A stretch of DNA of 50,650 nucleotides from Methanomassiliicoccales archaeon. GTDB lineage: Archaea > Thermoplasmatota > Thermoplasmata > Methanomassiliicoccales > UBA472. Each line of letters begins with the position of its first letter. Position 1 is the stretch's first letter. The stretch lies in assembly GCA_028682915.1 (NCBI GenBank), contig JAJRAN010000076.1, positions 1-50,650 of the forward strand, given 5' to 3'. Both the position numbers and the translations under genes were made by a program. This document shows positions 26,727 through 35,876 of this stretch, piece by piece. The notes below the pieces were generated by a model. It was given only the letters and a program-made list of their open reading frames with translations, did no database searches and was not told the origin of the DNA.

Positions 26727-27562
26727 TGAGCAAAGAGCACGAGGAAGCGGACCACCTCCAATCCCACAGGGAGTATTTCCGAGAGGTGGTTAGGAAGATT
26801 CATCAGATATCCGCCCAGAGCTTCGGGCTGAGTCAAGTGTCCGTTCATCCTCTCGGCTCGGGTGGGTCGCGCCTTTCGATTCCGGTGAAGATAACCGGGA
26901 CGGATGGGAATGGCAAGAGCACGAAGCTCTTCGGAAAGATCCTTGGCAACGCCGATATCATGACTGCCAGGACCATCCAGACCGTGAAGAACCTATATCT
27001 GCAAATGAACGCGCATGACCCGATGTTCGACTTCGCTCGTGACACCCGGGACATGGCCCTACACCAGTACAGCACCATGAAGGCCATCTACAATCTGGGC
27101 ATCCCCACGGCCAAACCTTTGGGCTGCTACCAGCTGAACGACGTGCTCTGGCTGCTGGTCTATGAGTTCCTTGATGCCAGGCCGGTCACGGACATTGGTA
27201 GGATGTCGCTGGAGCAGATCGACGAGGTGTTCGGTTGGCTCAAGCTGATGCACAAGAAGGGGATCCATCATGGCGACATCAAGCCAGACAATGTGATGTT
27301 GGGGGACAAGCTCTACATCTTGGATGTGGGGAGATATCTCGAGGAAGCGCCCCAGTCGCAGAAGCAGGCCTACGACCTCGCCTGCCAGATCGCGTCGTTC
27401 CTTCCGTTCCAGCCTGCGGACAAGATAGTCAGCGTGGCCAGGAGACATTACTCCAAGGAGGACATGAGGGCGGCCTCGGAATACCTCGATCTGATCCAAA
27501 GGCGGATGGACCTGAAGTTCAATGACGAGACAAAGAGCGAGCTGCTGCGCCTGATGCAATAA
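26726..27562 (+). CDS. Protein-kinase-like enzyme (RIO1/Kdo/Bud32-like)
   Basis: LFGKIL (ATP-binding Lys), GIPTAKP, LVYEFL, catalytic loop HGDIKPDN, DVG. Confidence 0.85.
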   Translation: MSKEHEEADHLQSHREYFREVVRKIHQISAQSFGLSQVSVHPLGSGGSRLSIPVKITGTDGNGKSTKLFGKILGNADIMTARTIQTVKNLYLQMNAHDPMFDFARDTRDMALHQYSTMKAIYNLGIPTAKPLGCYQLNDVLWLLVYEFLDARPVTDIGRMSLEQIDEVFGWLKLMHKKGIHHGDIKPDNVMLGDKLYILDVGRYLEEAPQSQKQAYDLACQIASFLPFQPADKIVSVARRHYSKEDMRAASEYLDLIQRRMDLKFNDETKSELLRLMQ

Positions 27563-27596
27563 GGAATTGACGCAGCCAGCATTTTTGATAAAAGGC

Positions 27597-27770
27597 TCAC
27601 TTGGGCTTGCTCTTCAAGAGGGCGATGGCGTGTATCTCCACCCTCATGCCCTCTTTGGTCTCCTCGACGGAGAACTTCCAGGTCTCCAAGGTCGCCTTCA
27701 GGTCCTTCAACATTGCCTTAAGTTCCTTGCTCTTCTCCCCTAGCTCAGCAGCGATGTCCTCATTTCCCAT
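27597..27770 (-). CDS. Microprotein (57 aa) not in the ORF track, paralog of 25604-25801
   Basis: Translated by hand: MGNEDIAAELGEKSKELKAMLKDLKATLETWKFSVEETKEGMRVEIHAIALLKSKPK; RBS AAGGTGG; AATATTAA upstream. Confidence 0.75.
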   Translation of the reverse strand: MGNEDIAAELGEKSKELKAMLKDLKATLETWKFSVEETKEGMRVEIHAIALLKSKPK

Positions 27771-27899
27771 ATGTCACTACCACCTTGATTTGGCTTCAGA
27801 TTAGAACTTGCCCTTAATATTGCTTGCTAGAAAGGCACCTATCGACTCGAATAAATAATCGAATAGAGTATTTTACGATGAGATGACAGGGGAACACTG

Positions 27900-28214
27900 A
27901 TGGAGCGAATCCACGTTGGCAAGTCCCAGGACCTGAGGGATGGCGAGTCGAAGATGGTCCGGGCGGGCAAGAAGGAGATATTGGTTGTGAAGCAGGGAGA
28001 CAGATTCTATGCCATCGATGGGTGGTGCTCGCACATGGGCGCATCCCTGGAACAGGGCCAGGTCAGGGACGGGACCATCCGCTGCCGGGTGCACGGAGCG
28101 GTGTTCGACCTGGATACGGGCAAGGTGCTGCAGAACCTCCAGGCCAAGGACATGAGGGTCTACCCGGTGAAGGTTGAGGGCGAGGAAGTCTTCGTGGAGT
28201 ACTCCCCGCTTTGA
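27900..28214 (+). CDS. Rieske 2Fe-2S ferredoxin
   Basis: CSH...CRVHGAVFDL.TG. Confidence 0.9.
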   Translation: MERIHVGKSQDLRDGESKMVRAGKKEILVVKQGDRFYAIDGWCSHMGASLEQGQVRDGTIRCRVHGAVFDLDTGKVLQNLQAKDMRVYPVKVEGEEVFVEYSPL

Positions 28215-28296
28215 TCGGTGCACCATCTGCATGGTGCCTTCGCTAGTTTCGGAGGGCAAGGCAATGATTTTACGAGGGCGGGACTAGTTCCCGATC

Positions 28297-28479
28297 ATGC
28301 AGAAGTTGGGACTATGCGCGACCTGCGGGAGACCTGCCAACAACAGCTGCAGGCTATGCGGCCGATTGGTCTGTCCAGAGCATTTCTATCCTTATGCGGG
28401 TTTGTGTTCTCAATGCATACCGCCCTCGGAGAGAGGGCGCAGAAATGAGAGGAAGGAGCCTCCTGGGACTGTCATCTGA
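28297..28479 (+). CDS. Small zinc-finger protein
   Basis: CATC..CRLC...VCPEH..CSQC. Confidence 0.65.
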   Translation: MQKLGLCATCGRPANNSCRLCGRLVCPEHFYPYAGLCSQCIPPSERGRRNERKEPPGTVI

Positions 28480-28503
28480 ATGAGCCGAAATCGGTCTTAA
28501 GTG

Positions 28504-28998
28504 TCAAAGCAGCTTCTTCGCCTTTTCCTCGTCGAGGCCAATCGACTTCAATGAGTACTTCAGCGCCTTCTTGGCTATCATTCCCCTGGTGTTGTCGTCC
28601 AGGAACTGTTCCATGATGATCGGGGCGCGCCGGCTGTACTCCACCGCGAACTCCGAGTAATAGTAAGGCGCGTTATCAAGGTCTAGCTCAGCCGCCTTAT
28701 TATAGGCGGTCTCGGCCTCGTTCAACCGACCGGCATCGAAGCAGAAAGCGCCCAACGAGGAATAATAGAACGGGTTCTTCGGGTCCAGCTGTACGGCCTT
28801 GTTGTAGAGAGCCAGGACCTCCTCGACGCTGACCTTGGGCACGAGGACGGCCGCCTCCGCCTTGAAGAAGTAGGCTTCGGGGTTGTTGGGGTTGGCCTTC
28901 AGGGCTTTATCGAATTTCCCAAGGGCCTGTTGGTATTCCCCATCGCTCATGAGCTGCTGTCCCTGCTGAATCAACTTCTCAGCATCATCTGCCATCAA
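28504..28998 (-). CDS. Tetratricopeptide repeat protein
   Basis: Repeated A...F/Y.KAL..NP.N..AY TPR pattern. Confidence 0.88.
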   Translation of the reverse strand: MMADDAEKLIQQGQQLMSDGEYQQALGKFDKALKANPNNPEAYFFKAEAAVLVPKVSVEEVLALYNKAVQLDPKNPFYYSSLGAFCFDAGRLNEAETAYNKAAELDLDNAPYYYSEFAVEYSRRAPIIMEQFLDDNTRGMIAKKALKYSLKSIGLDEEKAKKLL

Positions 28999-29231
28999 AG
29001 CACCATTGCCAATGAAAGAGGGGGGCGCAGATAAACGTTTTCATATGGATATTCGAAAGATGCGAGCTTCCTGCTCTGTTGAGCGCCACTCCTCTCTTCG
29101 ATCTCGCCGCTCTCTATGCGCATCGTTTCCTTGATAAATGTGCAAATTTCGCAGGAGCGAGACTTGGTTGTACCTACTGGCCAGGCAAATGTTATTACCT
29201 ACATACGGATTATATTGCCTGGGGAAGTCGG

Positions 29232-29921
29232 ATGCGCTGCCCAGCTTGCGGATACCCCAACGAGGAGGAGGCGTCGATCTGCTTCTCCTGCAACGCGAGG
29301 ATCGAAGGCTCGGCTCCTCGCCAAAAGACCCCGTCGAGCTTCATAGTTGGACCTGAAACCCAGAAAAAGGGATATTGGCTCCGAAGGTCTGCATCAGAGA
29401 GATGGGAGATATGGCTGATCGCCTCATTAATTCTAATCGTTTCGGCATTATTGCCTTGGGAAAGCGCGTTCTATCGTGACAAATTGACGAACGCCCCCGT
29501 CCTTACCGTGAACGCAAACCTCTTCTCTCTGGTTCTTGCTGATAACATAATCGTTTCAGCCCTGGCACTAATCTTCTTGATCGGACTACTTCTTTCGATG
29601 GTGCTTCCACGCCTGATAGTGATTCCGATCGGCGCAATGGTCCTATTGGTTTTCACCATGCCCGAATATGTGCTATCCCAGCTCCCCTCCAGTCCACCTA
29701 ACTCTGAACAGGATTTCTACACCAATTCCGCAATAGGGTTTGGGTACATATTGGCCTGGCTCGCATTGGTGGTGGTCGGGACGCTGGTCCTCAAGGATGA
29801 CGAGGTTCGATTTCAAAGAAGGCGGGGCAAGGACCAGACCCCCAGTGAAGACCAGCAGCCCAATGACGTCAGCTGGTTCTGGCGATGGGGGGGCGGTGGC
29901 GGCCAAGGCGGGGGCCCTTAA
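29232..29921 (+). CDS. Membrane protein with N-terminal zinc ribbon
   Basis: MRCPACG..N......CFSC, four TM helices, lower GC. Confidence 0.7.
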   Translation: MRCPACGYPNEEEASICFSCNARIEGSAPRQKTPSSFIVGPETQKKGYWLRRSASERWEIWLIASLILIVSALLPWESAFYRDKLTNAPVLTVNANLFSLVLADNIIVSALALIFLIGLLLSMVLPRLIVIPIGAMVLLVFTMPEYVLSQLPSSPPNSEQDFYTNSAIGFGYILAWLALVVVGTLVLKDDEVRFQRRRGKDQTPSEDQQPNDVSWFWRWGGGGGQGGGP

Positions 29922-30016
29922 TAATCATAATTGCCGAGATTCTATGGAACATGTTGCGTGAAGGGCGCACAACTTCAAAGACCCGTAAGAATATTCGATT
30001 AATGAGGGAAGCCGGA

Positions 30017-30221
30017 GTGAAATGCCCATATTGCGAATATTCGAATCTTGAGGGCAACGAGGTTTGCTTCCAATGCGGGAAGCGCATTAGAGTGGACAGA
30101 GGACCCTTCCGCAGCGAATTCGACCAGACGCCATTGATTCGGTATCGCACGGAAAATGGCATGGACAATGGTTTTATAGAACGGTGCAGTAATCATCTCG
30201 TCCCTCATCGTGCTCGGATAG
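30017..30221 (+). pseudogene. Probable degraded paralog of the zinc-ribbon membrane gene
   Basis: KCPYCEYSN.....CFQCGKRI mirrors the 29232 N-terminus; a hydrophobic remnant (GAVIISSLIVLG) lies in another frame; the original frame runs into gatC. Confidence 0.45.
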
Positions 30222-30239
30222 CTTCTGGAAGTGCAGTCC

Positions 30240-30512
30240 ATGGACATCGAAACGGTACGGAAGGTGGCCCGGGTGGCGAGGCTCAGGCTCACTCCGAGCG
30301 AGGAGCTGCAATTCGCCCAGGACTTAGAGGAAGTTCTCCAGTACTTCTCCTTGCTGGACGAGGCACCGCAAGTCGACACCCATGATTTCAATCCAGTGAG
30401 GGTCGCGGACGTTCTGAGGGACGATGAGCCATCGAGGGACGTCAATGCGGAAAGGCTGCGGGAGTCCATGGACACCTATGATGACTTGGTCAGGGGGCCC
30501 CGGCTCTCATGA
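30240..30512 (+). CDS. gatC: Asp/Glu-tRNA amidotransferase subunit C
   Basis: VRKVARVARLRL, LRDDEP, VRGPR; precedes gatA. Confidence 0.9.
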   Translation: MDIETVRKVARVARLRLTPSEELQFAQDLEEVLQYFSLLDEAPQVDTHDFNPVRVADVLRDDEPSRDVNAERLRESMDTYDDLVRGPRLS

Positions 30513-31846
30513 GCTGCTCGCCCACACCGGAGAGGCTAATCCAACTCAATGAGCGCTTCAGGATCTTCTGCGAGATGGCCGAGGACCTCTCTGGCCTGCA
30601 GGATTATCCACCCCGCCCCACGTTCTCGGCGAAGGACAATCTTTGCGCCATGGGATTCCAGGCCAGGGCGGGCTCCCGCATACTCGAAGGGTATCGTCCT
30701 CCCTTCGACGCCACGCCAGTGTGGAGGATGAGACAGGAAGGGATGCTCCTCCTAGGCAAGACCAATATGGACGAGTTCGGCTTCGGTACCTTCAGTACCA
30801 ACTCTGGCTACGACGTTCCGCGAAACCCGTTCGATGCGGGCCGCGCCTGCGGCGGCAGCAGCGGTGGGGCCGCGGCGGCCACCAGCCTGCTGGAAGGGCA
30901 TGTGGCGCTGGGAGTATCCACCGGCGGTTCAATCTCCTGTCCCGCCAGTTTCTGCGGTGTGCTAGGGCTCACCCCGACATATGGCCGGGTTTCCAGGTAC
31001 GGGCTGATCGACTATGGCAACTCCCTGGACAAGGTGGGCCTAATGACCCGAGATTCGGGCTCTTTGCGCACTTGGTTGCCAGTCATATCCGGGCCGGACC
31101 CCAAGGACCCCACCTCCTGCGTGCAGCCGATGCTCGATCTAAGCCCCAGGAAGGTGGAGCGGGTGGCGGTGCCTTTGGAGGCGATGCAGAACCTCGGCAG
31201 CGGCGTGGAGTCCAGTTTCGCGAGCGCCCTAAAGTCCTTGCAGGATGACCACGACATCCTGGTGGAGGAGGTCTCCATGCCCTCCCTGAAGTTCGCATTA
31301 TCTGCCTATTACGTGCTGGCTACCTCGGAAGCGTCCACCAACCTCGCCCGATACTGTGGCATGCGATTCGGGGTGCGTAACAGCAACATATCGCAGCACT
31401 TCAACGATTTCTTCTCCGAGACCAGGAGCGCCAATTTCGGTACCGAGGCCAAGCGCCGCATACTTCTGGGAACGTATGCTCGCATGGTCGGCTTCCGTGA
31501 CCGATACTACATGAAGGCCTTGGCCGTGAGGCAGCTGGTCATATCGGAGTATAAGCGCGTGCTGAACGACCATGACCTGGTGCTCACGCCCACTATGCCC
31601 TTCATCGCCCCTCGGTTCGCGGACATAGAGAAGATGAGGCCGCTCGAGGCCTATCAGGCGGACTTCCTCACCGTCCCGCCCAATCTTGCTGGTCTGCCGC
31701 ACCTCAGCCTGCCCTGCGGTTACATCGAAGGGATGCCGGTGGGCATGCAGGCCGTCGCCCCCCATTGGGAGGAGCGGGCGCTTTTGGACATCGCCGAGCG
31801 CTGGACCTCCAAGTTCCAAATGAGGTTCCCGGAGGTCGCGAGATGA
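30509..31846 (+). CDS. gatA: Asp/Glu-tRNA amidotransferase subunit A
   Basis: AKDN, GKTNMDEFG, GGSSGG, STGGSI, EASTNLARY, EAKRRILLG. Confidence 0.92.
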   Translation: MSCSPTPERLIQLNERFRIFCEMAEDLSGLQDYPPRPTFSAKDNLCAMGFQARAGSRILEGYRPPFDATPVWRMRQEGMLLLGKTNMDEFGFGTFSTNSGYDVPRNPFDAGRACGGSSGGAAAATSLLEGHVALGVSTGGSISCPASFCGVLGLTPTYGRVSRYGLIDYGNSLDKVGLMTRDSGSLRTWLPVISGPDPKDPTSCVQPMLDLSPRKVERVAVPLEAMQNLGSGVESSFASALKSLQDDHDILVEEVSMPSLKFALSAYYVLATSEASTNLARYCGMRFGVRNSNISQHFNDFFSETRSANFGTEAKRRILLGTYARMVGFRDRYYMKALAVRQLVISEYKRVLNDHDLVLTPTMPFIAPRFADIEKMRPLEAYQADFLTVPPNLAGLPHLSLPCGYIEGMPVGMQAVAPHWEERALLDIAERWTSKFQMRFPEVAR

Positions 31847-33198
31847 AGATCGGATTGGAGATCCATGTCCAGCTTCCCACCCGTTCCAAGCTCTTCTGCT
31901 CCTGCCCCACCACCGCGGACGAGCCGAACTCCTCGGTCTGCCCCACCTGCCTAGGATTCCCGGGGTCCAGGCCGGTCCTGAACCGAAGGGCGCTGGAGAT
32001 GGCGGTGCAGATCGCCCGCTTCCTGGAATGTCGTGTTGCATCTGAAATCTGGTTCTCCAGGAAGACCTACTTCTATCCGGACCTCCCCAAGCATTTCCAG
32101 ATCACCCAATACGACTCGCCGGTCGGAGTGGACGGCAGCTTCGTGGTCGGAGGCAGGAGCATAGGGATATGGCGCGTCCACGTGGAGGAGGATCCGGGCA
32201 GGATCAAGCGCGTCGGTAGGTCGGGCGAGGAGGTCTCCCTCATCGACTACAACCGCTCTGGCATACCTCTGGTGGAGATCGTCACCGCTCCCGACCTCAC
32301 CTCACCGGACGAGGCGCGCAACTTCCTCAACGAGCTGCTGGTGGAGCTCAGGCACATCATCGGGACCACCGCGAGCGACGAGCAGAGCGTCCGGGCCGAT
32401 GCCAACATCTCCCTGGGCGAGGAGCGGGTCGAGGTCAAGAACGTTCAGGGATTGAAGAACCTGGAGCGGGCCCTCAAGTTCGAGGCCAGCCGCCAGCAGA
32501 AGCTCCTGGAGGCGGGGATGAGGGTGGTGCGCGAGACCCGGCGCTTCGACGAGGAGCGAAAGGTGACCCTCTCCGCCAGGGAGAAGGAGCTCGAGGAGGA
32601 CTACGGATACATCGGCGAGCCCGACCTCGGCGTCTACGACCTGAGCAGGATCTCCGCTGGCCTGTTGGAGGTGGAGACGCCGCTGCGGCGCGCCCAGCGC
32701 ATGTCCGCCCATTACGTGGTCGACTATGACAAGGCCAGGCAGGTGGTCCTGACCTCGATGGCCATGGCCGACCTTTTCGAGGCGTTGGCCAACGCCGTCG
32801 ATCCCGAGGTGGCCATGAACTGGACGCTCGGGCCCATATCCGCGAACTGGGAACTGCTGCTGCCACGGATGAACGACCAGAGCACCAAGGAGATCGTGGA
32901 GGTGGTGCAACTGGTGGTGGGCCGGCAGATCACCGATTCCGAGGGTAGAAGGCGCATCGGAGCCATAGCAATGGGGGAGTGCCCCACGGACATTTCCTGC
33001 GCGGTCCAGGACGAGGCGTTGGGGTCGCTCATTAACGATTATCTCAACGAACATCCTCAGGTGGTGAGGGATCACGCCTCCAACCCCAAGGCGGCCAACG
33101 CGGTGATCGGCCACGTGATGAAGGTCGCCAAGGGCAAGTACAATTCGCAGGAGATTGTCGAGGCCACAAGGAAGGAGATCGAGAGGCGGACGAGCTGA
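31843..33198 (+). CDS. gatB: Asp/Glu-tRNA amidotransferase subunit B
   Basis: IGLEIHVQL, RKTYFYPDLPK, HVEED.G, DYNRSGIPLVEIVT. Confidence 0.95.
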   Translation: MKIGLEIHVQLPTRSKLFCSCPTTADEPNSSVCPTCLGFPGSRPVLNRRALEMAVQIARFLECRVASEIWFSRKTYFYPDLPKHFQITQYDSPVGVDGSFVVGGRSIGIWRVHVEEDPGRIKRVGRSGEEVSLIDYNRSGIPLVEIVTAPDLTSPDEARNFLNELLVELRHIIGTTASDEQSVRADANISLGEERVEVKNVQGLKNLERALKFEASRQQKLLEAGMRVVRETRRFDEERKVTLSAREKELEEDYGYIGEPDLGVYDLSRISAGLLEVETPLRRAQRMSAHYVVDYDKARQVVLTSMAMADLFEALANAVDPEVAMNWTLGPISANWELLLPRMNDQSTKEIVEVVQLVVGRQITDSEGRRRIGAIAMGECPTDISCAVQDEALGSLINDYLNEHPQVVRDHASNPKAANAVIGHVMKVAKGKYNSQEIVEATRKEIERRTS

Positions 33199-35037
33199 TC
33201 ACTCCGCCTCCTTGTCCTCCTCGGCGATGCTGATCAGCATCAGCTCCTGCAGCTTCGATTGGTCCACCTTGGCAGGAGAGCCGTCCACCAGGGACTGGAA
33301 CTTCTTGTTCTTGGGGAAGGCGATCACGTCCCGAATGCTCTCGCATCCCAGCAAAATGGAGACCACCCGGTCCATGCCCAGGGCGATGCCTCCATGCGGC
33401 GGCGCCCCGAACTCCAATGCCTCGAGGAAGAAGGAGAACTCCCGTTCGATGGCCTCCTCGCTCATGCCCAGGTGCTTGAAGACCTTCCTTTGCACCTTGG
33501 GGTCATGGTTGCGTATGGAGCCCGAACCGATCTCGCTCCCGTCCAGCACCAGATCATAGGACTGGCCCATGACCTTGGCCATGTCCCCGGATTTGGGAAG
33601 GTCGTCCTCCACTGGCCTCACGAATGGATGGTGGAAGGCCGAGAGCTTGCCGGTGACCGGGTCGGCCTGGAACAAGGGGCAATCCACGATCCAAACGAAA
33701 TGGTGGCCCTTGCCCTCGAGGAGGGCATTGTCCCGGGCCAGCTTCATGCGCAGAGCGCCGCCCGCTTTCAACGTGGGCATCCTCGGCCCGGCCAGGAAGA
33801 GCAGCAGGTCGCCGACCTCGGCGCCCATCCTCTCCTGCAGCTTGCGGCGCACCTCGTCCGGGAAATACTTCACTATGTTGGACTCGAGGCCGGTGGGGGT
33901 GCAGCGCATCCAGGTGAGCCCTCCCATCCCCTGCTGCTTGGCCCAGTCAATGAGCCGGTCCACCTCCTTCCGCCCGACCCCCGCGAACTCTTGGTCCTTC
34001 TCCTTGACCAAGGACGCCTTCAGGTTCATGCAGACCACGACGGTGCCCTTCTTTGCCAGCACCTTCTGGAATATCTCATAATGAGCTTGACGCGCGATCT
34101 CCGTGACCTCGACCAGCTCCAGGCCGAAGCGCGTATCGGGCGCATCGGTCCCGAAGCGCGCCATCGAATCATGATAGGGGAGTCGGGGGAAGGGCGTTCT
34201 GAGCTCCTCGTTGTAGATGCATTTCCATACCGAGGCCAGCACCTTCTCCACGACCTCGTGGACATCCCGCTCCTCGACGAAGGACATCTCCACGTCCATC
34301 TGGGTGAACTCCGGCTGCCGGTCCGCCCTTGAGTCCTCGTCCCGGAAGCAGCGCGCGAACTGGAAATAGCGCTCCACGCTGCCGACCATCAGCATCTGCT
34401 TGAACAGCTGGGGGCTCTGTGGCAGGGCGTAGAAGTGCCCGGGTTGTATCCGAGAGGGGACCAGGAAGTCCCGCGCTCCCTCGGCGGTTGATCGGGTGAG
34501 CATCGGGGTCTCCACCTCCATGAACCCCATGCCGTTCAGTGCATCCCTGGTAGCGGCGAAGAGCCTGGCCCTGAACCTGAGGTTGCTGATCATCTGGGGC
34601 CTTCTCAAATCGAGATAACGATAGCGGATGCGAAGGTCCTCGTTCGGGAGCTGTGAGTTCTTTTGCTCCGCCACCTCGAAGGGGATGGCTTTGGAAGTGC
34701 TCAGAACGTTTGCCCTCTCTATGAGTACCTCCACCATCCCGGTGGGGTTGCGGGGGTCCTCCGTACCAGGGACCCTCTCCCTAACCACTCCCGTTGCCTG
34801 GACGACGTATTCGCGACCTAGGCTATTGAGCGTCTCCGAGAGGCTTTTACGGTCGATCTCCTGCCTCAAGGCCTCGGGGTCGAACACCAATTGGGTGGTG
34901 CCGTTGGAGTCCGCCAGGTCGAAGAAGAGCACTCCGCCATGGTCACGGCGGAAGCGCACCCATCCTGCCAGGGTGACTCGCTTCCCGAGGTCCTCCGATC
35001 TGAGCTTGCCACAATCGTGCGTGCGCAACATCTTCAC
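33199..35037 (-). CDS. aspS: Aspartate--tRNA ligase, bacterial type with GAD insertion, probably non-discriminating
   Basis: LRTHDCG, RRDHGG, RYRYLDLRR, EGARDFLVPSR, ALPQSPQLFKQ, FRDED.RADRQPEFTQ, PPHGGIALG.DR; 612 aa. Confidence 0.95.
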   Translation of the reverse strand: MKMLRTHDCGKLRSEDLGKRVTLAGWVRFRRDHGGVLFFDLADSNGTTQLVFDPEALRQEIDRKSLSETLNSLGREYVVQATGVVRERVPGTEDPRNPTGMVEVLIERANVLSTSKAIPFEVAEQKNSQLPNEDLRIRYRYLDLRRPQMISNLRFRARLFAATRDALNGMGFMEVETPMLTRSTAEGARDFLVPSRIQPGHFYALPQSPQLFKQMLMVGSVERYFQFARCFRDEDSRADRQPEFTQMDVEMSFVEERDVHEVVEKVLASVWKCIYNEELRTPFPRLPYHDSMARFGTDAPDTRFGLELVEVTEIARQAHYEIFQKVLAKKGTVVVCMNLKASLVKEKDQEFAGVGRKEVDRLIDWAKQQGMGGLTWMRCTPTGLESNIVKYFPDEVRRKLQERMGAEVGDLLLFLAGPRMPTLKAGGALRMKLARDNALLEGKGHHFVWIVDCPLFQADPVTGKLSAFHHPFVRPVEDDLPKSGDMAKVMGQSYDLVLDGSEIGSGSIRNHDPKVQRKVFKHLGMSEEAIEREFSFFLEALEFGAPPHGGIALGMDRVVSILLGCESIRDVIAFPKNKKFQSLVDGSPAKVDQSKLQELMLISIAEEDKEAE

Positions 35038-35138
35038 AGGCCTCTGGAAACTTCGGTAAGGCGTGGAAATAAGGGCGGGATTATATACACTTTGCCCACA
35101 GGAGGAACGCTGAATCTAGGTAGGAAACGGGCCAGATC

Positions 35139-35630
35139 TCATCTCTCCACATCGCTCGATTCGCCGAAGCGAGGCAGGAACTGGAACGGGTCCTTGATCA
35201 TGTTCAGGACGACGTAGGTGTTGGTCTTCTTCACGCCCTTTATCTGGAGCATGGACTTGATGACGGCGCTGAACTCCTCGCGGTTCTTGCACGCCACCCA
35301 GGCTATCGAGTCGCATTCCCCCGTGACGTCGAAGACGGCCACCACGTCCTTGAGGGACCTTATCCTCTGCTGGATGTCCAACAAATCGCCTTCGACGTAG
35401 ATGTGCACGATGGCCATGAACTCGTAGCCGAGCTTGAGATAGTCCACGTGGGCCCGATATCCATGGATTACGCCCAGCTCCTCGAGGTTCTTCACCCTTT
35501 GGATGAGGGTCGTCGGATGGATGCCCAATCGCTTGGCTATCTGGCGATACGAACCTTGGCTGGAGGTGCACAGCTCTTGGATGATACGCTTGTCAAGATC
35601 GTCGAGATTGCTGCTGGCCATCTCTTCCAA
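35139..35630 (-). CDS. Lrp/AsnC family transcriptional regulator
   Basis: LDDLDKRII..L, HTH, RVKNLEELGVI.GY.A.VDY.KLG, VTGECD. Confidence 0.92.
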   Translation of the reverse strand: MEEMASSNLDDLDKRIIQELCTSSQGSYRQIAKRLGIHPTTLIQRVKNLEELGVIHGYRAHVDYLKLGYEFMAIVHIYVEGDLLDIQQRIRSLKDVVAVFDVTGECDSIAWVACKNREEFSAVIKSMLQIKGVKKTNTYVVLNMIKDPFQFLPRFGESSDVER

Positions 35631-35876
35631 ATCCTTTCACTAGATGTTTCAGGTATGGTCGGATGGATATTTGTCTGTTTGTCCTAGCATCTACGATACA
35701 TTTGTCGAGTGCGGAGATGGCCAGTTACAATTATTATTTATACTAATAGATTTAACATTTTCTCTTTTGATTACCGCCCAGTATTAGCTCCGCGAGATTT
35801 CAATGGATGGCGACCTCCCCGGTCTTTCCTGCCCACCCCGAGATGTTTTTAGAATGGTACCGCCATGGGTAGGGCA

